Positions 1 through 11,279 of a stretch of DNA of 64,000 nt are shown here, piece after piece. The position numbers and the translations under genes were made by a program. The notes below the pieces were generated by a model. It was given only the letters and a program-made list of their open reading frames with translations. It searched no databases and was not told the origin of the DNA. The number at the start of each line of letters is the position of its first letter. The first letter of the stretch is position 1. The stretch comes from Marsupella aquatica. Taxonomy: Eukaryota; Plantae; Marchantiophyta. The stretch is from assembly GCA_973895155.1 (NCBI GenBank), contig OZ316899.1, forward strand, positions 15,589,974-15,653,973. The letters run 5' to 3'.

Positions 1-1184
1 ATCCTGCCGAGAGAATCCCGGGTGAGCAGCATGAGGCCCATCTTTCATGAAGTTGTCATGTCTCTCGGTAAATCGTTGACCAGGATCCACCCAATGACCG
101 GCCCTGCCTTCAGCATCCCTGTGCGTCGGGAGGCCCCCTAAGGGCGCATCCCGGCCGCCATGACCAGAGAGACCACTCCGGGAGGAAGACATCCATGAAG
201 ACCCACCCACAGGAGCAGTGTTGCGCGTAGGGAGAGAGAGCCTTTACGGATTGACAAGTAGAGTCAATTGAAAGAGCAGTAGTCCTTACAGGATCGAGTG
301 TAACTCAAAAGCACGTAGTCACTTAAATTGTCATAATCAAAGATTAGCAAGGTCAAGTGCTCACCCGCGTAAGAATGAAAACAACGTTCAACAGATGTTT
401 CAGAGAAAATGATTCTCCACAAAAAAGCGCTATAACGGCCCCGGATTCCAAAGGGTGTGCATCCTATATCATCCCTCGCCCATAATCCTGGTACCAAAAC
501 AGTATCTATAGATGAAGTTCCGATGCAAAAGCGTAAGCAATCGGTCCAGAGCCTAGAAGGGAAGAAGCCAGGACCTCGAAAACCATAGAGCTACTTGCAA
601 AAGTTTGTTCCAGCTCTAAACCTAATCAGTGAACGCGTAATCAACATTAGTGAATCATTCATAGTAAAAAGGGGAATCTACCATGAGTAAAAACCAATCT
701 CCAATTGGAGAGAAAGCAAAGGAAGACTATATCAAAATAGTAAGAGCAATCAATCCTTTCAAACATTTTAGAGTCACCCAGTAACAAGTTCTACAGCTCC
801 GCCAGTTCCTATCAACTCAACAGTTTCCGATCTAGTGCCTTTCCTTTTATGGTTGATCCGGGGAGGACTTAGCATGGGGAGACTTGTGGGCAATGAGATG
901 TGGCACTAGCAAAGACAAGGAGCCAAGCTGGTGACACACACTAAAGACTTAGGCAAGCTGAGAGCTGGTTGGGTCAAGAAAAAAGGGGCCGGACTCAAGG
1001 TCGATCATCCAGGCTCCCGAATGGTGTCGTGATAATTCACTTATTCATCATGAAATCATTACCACTAAGTATATTATTAAGTATATAGGTTAGATTTATA
1101 TTTTGTTACAGGGTAACTAAATAGTTTGACTATTAAAAATAAAATTAAAAATTTTTATTAATTTTTTTTTTTAAATAGTTTCAC

Positions 1185-1700
1185 TATTACTTTTGTGCAT
1201 GTAAGGTAAGCAACTATGCAAACCACAAGATGCGTGCACAAATTGTTTGGATGCATGTGCAAATTATTTTATTTGCATGCAATAGTCATTTTATGTGCAT
1301 GGAAGGTGATCAAATGTGCAAGCCACAAGGTGCATGCACAAATTGTTTTAGATGCATGCAAATTATTTTATTTGCATGCATTAGTTGTTTTATGTGCATG
1401 CAAGGTGAGAAAATGTGCAAGCCACAAGGTGCATGCACAAATTGTTTTAGATGCATGCAAATTGTTTTATTGCATGCATTAGTTGTTTTATGCGCATACA
1501 AGGTGAACAAATGTGCAAGCCACAAGGTGCATGAATGCACAAATTGTTTTAGATGCATGCAAATTGTTTTATTTACATGCATTAGTTGTTTTATGCGCAT
1601 GCAAGGTGAACAAATGTGCAAGCCACAAGGTGCATGCATGCACAAATTGTTTTAGGTGCATGTATTAGTTGTTGTACTTGCATGCATTATTTGTTTTAAT
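1185..1700. repeat. Tandem repeat, ~99-bp unit, ~5 copies, rich in TGCA/ATGCAT
   Basis: The motif (g/a)ccacaaggtgcatgcacaaattgtttt recurs at about 1222, 1322, 1421, 1519 and 1622. The overlapping Cys-rich ORFs are repeat artefacts. Confidence 0.9.
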
Positions 1701-2989
1701 TACAATAGTACTAGCACACATTCCTACGTTGGATGTGTGCCACTTGGCTTTCATCCAAGCGTTTGGGCGTAATCCATGCCCTCTTGGATTCAATATAAAT
1801 AAAGTGGTGAGGGAAACTCTCTCCTCATTCCCACATTTTAATAATGTTCGCATCGAAGCGATCCTCTTTTCTTCTCTCATATTTTTCTTCTATTCTTTGC
1901 TTTATATACATAGTAGTGAGACATTCTTTGGCCTGGATAGCAAAGGAATGAGCGATAGACTTATAGATGGGACCTTAGGGAACAAGGTCTTTTTGGGAAC
2001 TTAGGGGTGGGGCATCCTTTGGCTTGGATAGCAAAGGAATAAGAGAGTCATTATGAATCCAGGAGGGAGAGATATCCCTAATCTTCCCTTTCGTAACCCA
2101 TTTTTGTTTAAAGTCCATCTTTTAGACAAACCATCCATGAGATAACATTTAACTTATCACTTTGGAGCTCAATTTGCAGCTGCTGTTATGAGTTCTAATG
2201 AGCCAATAATATACCCAGTAGTGTCTTACCGAGAGGAGTGAGAGTGCATTATCTTGGTCCTTTATTGAAGTCATGGATCTAAATAGGAGTCCAAATGACA
2301 TTCATATTTCATTTTTTCTTTGAGATATTAGGGTCATATGTCGTAGAAAAATTAGTTTCTGAGATCTATTGGTCCGCAAGTATGGTGAAGTATGATTTAA
2401 TAGTATATTAGTTTTACCTAAATCTTTCATAATACCCACTACCCTTCTTACAAGAGTTATCATTTTAGTTTTAGTGTAGAACTTATGGGCATGCAAGGTT
2501 GACTTCATAAGAGCCAATATGCTCTTACCAGAAAACAGGTCACTCGGACAACAAACTTTGAGTTCCGAGGGCTTGAGTGTGAGCTCTTCTTGGGCCCAAG
2601 GCCAATGGAGTTGACGCCAAGGGCAACGGACGCTTGGGGCGTGAGTTATGGCCCAACCCGGGTTTGACCGATCTGGGACCCCAAGCGGCAATGAGACTTG
2701 AGGGCATAGGCATGAGCACTGGGTCGGCCCGATCACAACGGGCTAAGGCACTTTGCTTGCGGATGCCTAATGAGAAAGTTATGGGCATTGCCAGTGGGTG
2801 GCACGCCCACTATGCGCGATAGGATCCGGGTTGGAGGCCAAATGTTTAGGGACCAAAGTTGGTCCGGGGGTGGCAGGTCTCCAGAAGCATATATGAGGGG
2901 AGTGGTGTCTCCCTGGGGGCCAAGGGCGAGTTGAAGTCGTGAGCCGCGGCGGTCGCGACACTAAGGGAAAGAGCCAAACAAAATGACGA

Positions 2990-3772
2990 TATCTTCTCAA
3001 CTAGAAGTCCATTGAAGGACTTCTTGGGTGCGTTGGAAAGCTCTCAGATGGGTCTGGGGGTGCCATGGGTTCTCGAGGTTTGCGGGTGTTAGCTTGCCCA
3101 CTGGCCAAATCCTGTCGAAGAGGAGCCAAGCTGCGTTCAGTATCCCAAGGGAGCTTGCGTTGGGGAGGCAAGGCCAAGTAGGCGTGGAGGTTGAGTTCCA
3201 AGGGTGATCCGCCCTAGACCATCAGGGGGGCAAACTAGGAGTTGGTTGCTAGAGTCGAGGGCATTCTGGTCCCGGTGTGTTGGGACAAGTTTGGGACAGG
3301 CTTTAGGACAAGCTACGCTATTTGGGCCATGAGCATGTCATGAGGTCGAGGCGGTCAGTTGGTGATGGATAGGTACAAGGGGGAACCTGGGCCGCGCCCA
3401 AGGAATGAGTTGTTCTGGACAAACAGTGGACGTGGGTTCTAGTTCCAGCTTATGACATTAGGAGGACCTATCGCTGACCTATTTAACAACGTCTGTTGAG
3501 CTTGAGTTAGGATGCTAGACTTGGCGAGTTCTAGATCTTGAAGGGTTACTTACCGAGGAGCTTGGTTGGTTGTGCAGACAATGAGGACCGTTGAGTAGCG
3601 GTCGTGTTGGAGAGCAAGTGCGTCTTTGTATGGGAGGGGCCGTTGGCGGTGCAAGGGGCACTAGGTTGCTTGCTCAAGGTATTTCGTGGAGGCGTTTGGG
3701 CACTAGGGGCACTTAGGCATGAGTGTTGGGATTGGTGAGGGCGTTGGGTGGTAAGGTCCACCACTACTATGT
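2990..3772. repeat. Dispersed repeat, inverted homologue of 32577-33300 (probable retroelement fragment)
   Basis: The minus-strand translations here (ELNLHAYLALPPQRKLPW; VVDLTTQRPHQSQHS) match the plus-strand ORFs at 33089 (ELNLHTYLALPPQHKLPW) and 32577 (VVDLATQHPHQSQHS). Confidence 0.8.
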
Positions 3773-5369
3773 ACATTATAACTCCTCTTTTGCAGATGTA
3801 AATTTCTACCTACAACGATGTTCCAGTCGACAATGAGTGTTTCAGTGCGCATACCTGGCATGGGGTTCTAAGGGACCTGTGGTAGGTGCGCCAACTACTC
3901 CCAAAGACCCTTGTTGGATACGTGCATTCCTACTTCCTTATCTAAGTTGTGGTCATAAGGATTGTCCTCCTCATCTTCCGACAAGGCTATGCCTTGAGAC
4001 CCATCTTCTTCTAGGTTCCACTCTGGGTCCAAAAACCCACAGTTGGGGTTTGGGTTCACCCACTCCTCAGGGGCCTGTTCGCAAGTTCCTTTGTGGGGTT
4101 CTCAAGCTCTTTGTTCATCCGGACCCTAATTATTGACACCTAGATTTGTGTTCTCCCTTGTATGGGATCTGTTGTTTTTGTTGTTATCTTCACCTGTCCT
4201 AGGGTTTGGATGCCTAGTGTTAGGACTTTGGTTCCTGACAATTTCCCTAGACTGCTGCACCCCTTCATGGTGGGGATTTGCAGGACCACCAATGGAGCTC
4301 TCCTCTCTGGTGGACCTCTCCATTTCCCCATGAGTGTTCAATGCTTCCTGATGTGCTGCCATCCCAGATCCCACATGAGCTCTAGTGTAACCAGTTGTCC
4401 GTATCTTATTGCTCATTGTGCTAAGATAATTCCTTCCAAATCCACTTCTTTCATATGGATTAGTTATGTAATCCTGTCTACTCATGCTTTTGAAAACCCT
4501 TCAACTGAAACACTCCCGCACGACAACCATTTTTGGGCCGCCATAGCCAAAAGTTTTGTCTTCCAGACCCTTTCATTGTTTTCTACTCACCGCCATTGCT
4601 TTTACGGTGTGGATTCATTGAGACTATGTACTATGAAAGATTGGCCTTGATCGAGTCAATTGTCCCATAAAAATAGAAGGAGGATGTGGACATTGACAAG
4701 GAATTGATTGAAGTCATAAACTTGGAAGAGAGAGAAAGGAGGACGTTCAACCATTAGTTGGGCAATTAATGTATTGATTGGTGAAGGAAAAGGAGAAGGA
4801 CTTTTAGTGACCGGTAATTGCAAGGCAAAATTGGCGTTTAATACACACCAAGCGAAGTATGAATCTGGAATGGGCAAGGCTCCATCTCAACCTTCTTCAA
4901 GCTCAATCCTTGCATAGCTGCCTTCCCCACCATGAAAGGTTGTGCACCTTCTCCTTTACTTACCAATGAAAGGTTGTAACCGTCATAAGTAGGATATAAC
5001 AATAGGGTTTGAGATTCAGTTAGAAGTTAGAAGTTTTGGTTAGAGTTTGGGCGCTTATGAACTGGCCTTGGCAACCACTGGTTATGACTTGTGGTGTTTT
5101 TGCAGTTTGGACCAGGTTGAAGCTCAGTGGCACTTCATGCATAGGAATCTGGTGTTAGTTTAGCCCTACCCTCCTTAGTCTGCCAAGGATTTTGTTTGAG
5201 TGTTCCCTACTTGTTCATGAGTAGTTTTTAGGGAAGTGATTGTCATGACTTTGATGTTGTATTTGAGGGAATTTGATTGACACTGACAGATTCAACGTGT
5301 CTCAATGAGATTTGTACTCATTGGAAACTGTGTTGGTGACATGAGTAACTAAATATTGAGAGCAAAGAT

Positions 5370-8300
5370 TGTGATACCATGGCTATGTCCAAAGGAATTC
5401 AAAAGTTAATTTTTTTGAAATTTTTCTATCATTACCGGGTTAAAGGAACCTATTACGCCCGAAAATGGCCATAAAAAGTAGTTTTAAGTACAAAATCCGG
5501 AACTATCCGGATAGCACTCTTTTTGGAACTTGAAAAACATTGATACAGCCGCACCATGAGAGAAGGCGTACCAGAATGAAGATAAAACCATAAGTTCAAC
5601 ATCCGTCCGGATACTCAAAGTTGGCTCCTGAGTTCTTAAGGTATTGTTTGGGATGCAATCTACACACCAAAATGCTGCAGAAATCTTTAGTCTGAACTAT
5701 TGGAGAGAATAGAGTCGGACGAGGCTGCCAATTTGAGGCATTAGTTGTGAGGAACTGGTTACGAGGGAAGTGGTGATCGTTTGCTTGAGTGGGGAAGAGA
5801 CGACGCAACTTCTATGTTCCGGATTTGAGATTTGTGATAGGAATTCTGGAATTTTACTAGGGTTTGGAATTCATTTTCATTCTCTCCATTGCCCATCATG
5901 GTGAAGAGAAAGGATCCGGACTTCTCCCCGGGAAAATCCGGAATCCAGACATTATCGAAGAGGTCTACAAAGGAGCAAACAGTCATTGTCAACAAGAAGC
6001 CATTGCGATCGAAGATACCATCAGATCAAGAGAGGAGGGATCGATTACAGGAGAATCTAGAAATGATGGGCTATGCAAAGTTGATGGAGTTTCCTTGGGG
6101 TTACCAGAGTGCCGTATTCATCAAGGAGATCCGAAACCGTTCCACCCTAATTTTGGAATTTCCGGATTCCATTTGAGCCAAACCAGAAAAATTGACTACG
6201 GCTGTTATCTCCTCCCTGTTGGATGTGCCCTTGAAGGGAGAAGGCTTTCTGACCTCGAAGAATGACTTTGCTGAAAATTACTTTGACGGAGAGGTCGATC
6301 CAAAAGATGGTTGGAAGGTGTCTCACTGCTGTAATGAGGAGTTTTTTTATATTCTGTCCTTTCTGCTACCAATTCTCTCCCCTGCCAAGCCTCAACGAGT
6401 TACAATCCGGATGGGAACACGATTGCTGCTTCTTACATAGGAGAGAAGAAAATTTCATGGGCAAAACTTTTGGAGGAAGTTATCGCTAAGGAGGTCCGGA
6501 ATCTTTATTTGAAGACCCCTACATTGCTTTCTTGCTATCTGGCCAATATTTACCCGATGGACCAGATAGATGAAGAAGCGGAGGAGTACAAAACCCAAGC
6601 GATGGTGGCCCAACTTGGAGATCCAGATCAACCACACTCCAAGGCTACCGACTCAAAGGAAGAAGCACCAGTTGAGATCCGGATTCCTAAGGCTAGAAAG
6701 GGATTAGTGCAGAGTCCAAAACCGGAACCAGTTCAAGATCCGAAACCTGTCCGAAGACTGGAAAGTAGAGGGAGCCTTCCGGGTGTGACACCAAGTTCCA
6801 AGTGGACTACCTCAGCTGTGGTCGAAAACCAGATGAATTATCATCTTGACGATCCGAGATGGGTGGTGGAATAATATGATCTTTGCTTGCGGCATTCCCA
6901 ACTATTCCGTTAGCGTATTTCATTTAATGAATCACGCCTGCTTCAAAGCACTTTGTCCGGACATTTGTGGAGAGTGCAACCGGAAAAGGCTAAACAACTT
7001 GAGGATCTTGTCGGGAAAGTGGCTGAGATGCTGAACTGCAGTCTGGTTGTCATCATTTTTACTTTGGATATGGTGATTAAAAGTCAGGCCAAGAAGAGGA
7101 TCTGGGACTTGGAAGACCAAGTAGACAAGGACAAAAGGAAGATTGATTCCTTGGTTGATCAATTGGATGTGGCCCAGAAGAAGTTGGAAGACCATCTCCA
7201 GATCTGGAAGCTTCTGAATGGAGCAATCACCAGTGTTTGGGAAGCTATTAATGTACCAACCTTGGACTTGTTGGAAGCCACCCTGATTGATAAGTACTTA
7301 GCAACTGCCAACCCAGACATTCTTGCTAAGGTTATTGAGTGTAATAACAGGTTTGCCAAGAAGATCACGGGGGATTTTGATCAAATGGAGAAGGTGATTC
7401 TAGATGCAAAGTCCATGTTGACCCCTTCCAGAATCCGGAATGTCCCCAATGATTCCTGATGCAACCAAAGTAGGAGGCACTCCACCCGGATTTGAGAAGG
7501 TTAAGTTTCATTTTCCGGTTGTTTCTCCTTCGACAATCAGTACTCCATCAAGTTCTTCTTTGGATTTGCAGGAACCAGAAACTACCCCTAGTTTAGGGAC
7601 ACCATCAAGACAAGTCAATGCTAGACGTGAGTCGGGTAGAGTAGAGTTAGAGGATAGTACCCCAGAAGATTAGTAGTTTTTAGATTAGTTAGTTAGTTAG
7701 CATTTTTGGATCCGGTTAGCATCCATCTCCGGATTTTGAAGTCCAAACCGGAAGTGCATTTTTGGATCTTTCCTTATTGTCACTTTCGGATTTTGAATGA
7801 TAGTTGCTTTTTCTTCCATGAAAACCGGAAATGACATTTTGATACCTTTTGAGATCTTTTCCTCTTTCTCTTTAGCGTCTTAAGTAGGATGACAATTACA
7901 TTTCTTTTCAATCCTCAGTTTCTGTTGGAAGCATTGAAGCTCCTCCTCAGGTGCTCATGCTGAGCCTCAACCTGTTGTGAGTAGAACTGAAGACTCCTTC
8001 TCCTGTTGAGAAGTTAATACTTAGACAATTTGAGATCATACTTGGAAATTGGATTTTGATTTGAATTGCTTAATATGTGGATTCTTGGTTGCATTGGACT
8101 CCTGCTACTTTCAGTAGTTGAAATGAAATGTTTCCTTGCCATATATGAGCAACCATCTAAATTTGATTGAGAAGTTATTAATTTGAATTGACAATCTGGA
8201 AATTTTTGTGTGAGAATTAACCAATTCAGGCATTCTAGTACCGTTGTCACTTGTTGACCTGAAAAAATTATTGGTTTGATAACTAGATCTCCATTTCAAT

Positions 8301-8692
8301 TTCTAGTTAATGTAGGATGTCTATCTAAATTTGGCCACATTGTGAGCTCTATTGCATTCTGAATCTTAAAAAGCTAGGATCCTGTTGATCTATTGGGGAT
8401 CGTCATTTTCCATCATCTCTTCCCATAAGCCAATTGAAAGGACATTTTTACTCATCTTTTTCCACACCTTTCTTTAATTGTTAGTTTTATTCATTGATTG
8501 CCATTAATCCTAGAGCACTCCTTGGCAAGGATATGCCTAATGAACATCCTATTTCTTCTTTTTAGTAACAATTTTCTTCTCATTAACTCTTCAAGGGAAC
8601 GAATTCAAGTCCTTAGATATTAAATTGTTATTTAACATTGTGACCACTCTACCACACGCTTTTTAATTCCTTTGAACAGCCATGGTATCACA
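5370..8692 (+). mobile_element. 3.3-kb TG...CA element with ~35-bp TIRs and 5-bp TSD AAGAT, carrying a PMD-like ORF (giant solo LTR or non-autonomous TIR cassette)
   Basis: Left end TGTGATACCATGGCTATGTCCAAAGGAATTCAAAAG; right end reverse complement TGTGATACCATGGCTGTTCAAAGGAATTAAAAAG. AAGAT lies at 5365-5369 and 8693-8697. Confidence 0.9.
5889..7673 (+). pseudogene. Plant-mobile-domain-like transposon protein with C-terminal coiled coil, disrupted
   Basis: ORFs 5889, 6192, 6470, 6953 and 7440 join via stops and frameshifts. Motifs: GYAKLMEFPW, LLPILSPAKPQRVTI, LLEEVIAKEV..PTLLSCYLANIY, then a heptad-rich IWDLEDQVDKDKRKIDSLVDQL. Confidence 0.65.
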
Positions 8693-11261
8693 AAGATTGA
8701 ATGATGAAAGTGTTATGCATGATCAAGAGATTCCTTTGAGAGAATGATGAGATTGAGTGAGTCAATTTGAGTAAGGAGACAAAGAAAACAAATCTAGGTT
8801 ACTGGGATGCCACCTTCCATTGGGAATTGAACAAGAATTGAAAAGTTAAGCTGGTCAATCACTGATCGCAAGGTGGAAGTTGAAAAATCAAGTGAGACTG
8901 ATTGCTCTGAGGCAAGTAATCTGAGAGTCAGTCAGAGTAAGAGAATTGTGGAATTGTTGTGCAAATTTGCCCAAGGCAATTTAAACAACAAGCAATGAAA
9001 TGTTAAGTTGGTCAATCGTTGGCCGCATGAATGTATGTGAATGAACTCACTCCTAATGAGTACTTTGAGGCAAATGCCTTGAGAATCTAACAAGACAAGC
9101 AACTCATGAGGAGAGGACTCTGGTTGAAGTTTGTGTGTTTTGAACATGACATCTTGGTCATAATACACCTCCACCATAACAGGGCAATCGTTGAATTGAC
9201 ATTCCTATTGCGGATATCAGTTCACAGTCTACTCTACTACATGAAAAAAGTTTGATCACCAATTGGTAGATAGATGAGGCAATTGGGCCTAATTCTCTAT
9301 TGGGACAATTTTTGAAGGATAATGTTGAAAATAGGAAGAAAATAGGAGCTCTACTCAGTCCTCCTTTCAATATGCTCACAAGTGCGGATGAGCAACTGGG
9401 AGAGCCCCACTCCCCCTTATGCCCTTGAACTTGCCTCAACCGTCCCAACAACATTACTCCTAATCACATCACCAGTGTATTGACAGGGGTTTGCTCTTGA
9501 TGATGGTTCACTTCCAATGATGATCGGGCCAAAGCCGTAGCTCCCCTCATGCTTGATAGTGACTACCACTACATAAGGGTCATTGTAAGCATGCGAGGAA
9601 ACAGTAAAAAAAATCCTTGCACGAGCAATTTTTTCTCATATGACCCCTAATTTTTCTATATCCAACTTACTTGTTAACAACAGCCTGGTTGATAACATAC
9701 ATTTTTCTGACTCCTCTTTTTGCTAGCAAACTAGCTACTGGAGTAGCCATATGGAGTCATAAAAAAACACAAATATATAAAAAGTAGAAAACGCAAAAGA
9801 AATTTAAAATCACTTGTGTCTGGCTAACAAAATTCCTGTTTGCTCGCATTATACAATATCTCACTACATAGCTCTATAATCATGATGTGCTTCAAGTGTT
9901 TTGCTTACATTTTTGCACTCCTAATGCATTAACCGAGGTATTCTATGTTGCGAGCAAACAAGAGTTTTGCTAGCGAGGCAAACAGGCTAGCAAGGCAACT
10001 TTCTAGGTACCTTTAGGGTAGATGAGGCGGATTCCCAAGTAAGATTGTGGATAAATTTATTGTGAAACAGTTATGAGTAAGGGAAATGCAGATACTTGAA
10101 TATCCACAACCCGGAAACTTGAGATCTTCACAACACTGAACTGAATGACAAGGCATCATCAATGTCAACAAAACCAGTTCTGAAAACCTTTCACAATCCA
10201 CCTTTAATAGAACTTTGTAATGACAAATATGTTTGCGAATGAGATTGCATCTAAAATTGACCATTAGTCATTGAGAATCCTTTGATTCCAAATCATCTGC
10301 CCGATCATTTGAGGCATTACTAGGATTGCTACTCGACTCCCTATCAGTCTCCTCAGCTAAATTGTCAACATACTGGGCTACAGTACCATCATCTATGAAC
10401 TGAGGGCAGTAAAGGGCTTTTCGAGCACCCCTCACTGACCGCACACCTTTCCCCTCCCAAGCCAAAACGACGGGTGCTTCATCAACCTCCTTTGCAGACT
10501 TTTCGGCATAGTAAGGAAGCGCAAATCCCTTCTCAGGGGTCACAAGAAAATGATGCTCAATTTCTTTTTGAAGACGGAATATCTCCTCCAAAAACCAATC
10601 CGAACGCCTATCACTGAAGAAATCACTAGCATCGGATCAATACTACGATCCAAAAATTCTACAAATAATAGAAAAACACCGAATACGGAGTTTTGCATCA
10701 AAGGCCAAGTACTTTACTCCAGGTCAAATTCATCCTTCTTGTCTGAAGGTCCTCCCTGATCATCTCCTGGGATGGTGAACTCATCCTCCGATCCTTCATC
10801 ATTGGGGTCCTCTTTCTTTGGATCTGCAGCCCCTTTCAACTTCTAGGCATGTCTATCCAACACATTTGCCAGATTTTATTGAGCACACGAATGAAGTATG
10901 TCTCGATCTTCAACACCCACAACAAATCTCCCTGCGTATTCCCCAGCGGCAAAAGCACTTCCATCGCCAATAGTCCAATCAATGACAATGTCTTTTGGCA
11001 AAGTAAGGATCTCCATTACGGCTTGCATGAACCCAACTGACAATCTATTGGAACCTGCGAAAGCCGCCCTGGGACTGGGATCAGTTTTTGGGTAGCAAAC
11101 ATTCAACATCGATTTATGACGGGCATCCTTAGAAGAAGTCAATGGAACATATCCAGTATGTTTTGGGACTTTTGCTGAGAATTCCACCTTGCAGAAGACA
11201 TCCATAATGAGAGTAACTACCTGAATTGAAAACAAGAATTTGTCATAAATGGGTACTTTTG

Positions 11262-11279
11262 GTTAGCGAGCTTGCTAGC
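11262..11279. promoter_or_regulatory. 18-bp palindrome GTTAGCGA-GC-TTGCTAGC in intron
   Basis: Variant of the consensus GYTAGCGA-NN-TCGCTARC, inside intron 11221-11324. Function is inferred only. Confidence 0.6.

Noticed and set aside
860-1030. PPT plus 3' LTR start (ggggagact|TGTGGG) of a Tat-like retrotransposon
   Set aside because: No LTR end, TSD or pol sequence in the window supports it.
1216-1655. Cys-rich ORFs resembling metallothionein or Zn-finger proteins
   Set aside because: They are open on both strands only because of the 99-bp tandem repeat.
1185-1700. CRISPR-like array
   Set aside because: Whole units repeat with no unique spacers, there are no cas genes, and the context is eukaryotic.
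4975-4990. TGTAAC as an LTR start
   Set aside because: It is part of a local duplication (atgaaaggttgt x2), and I found no matching end or TSD.
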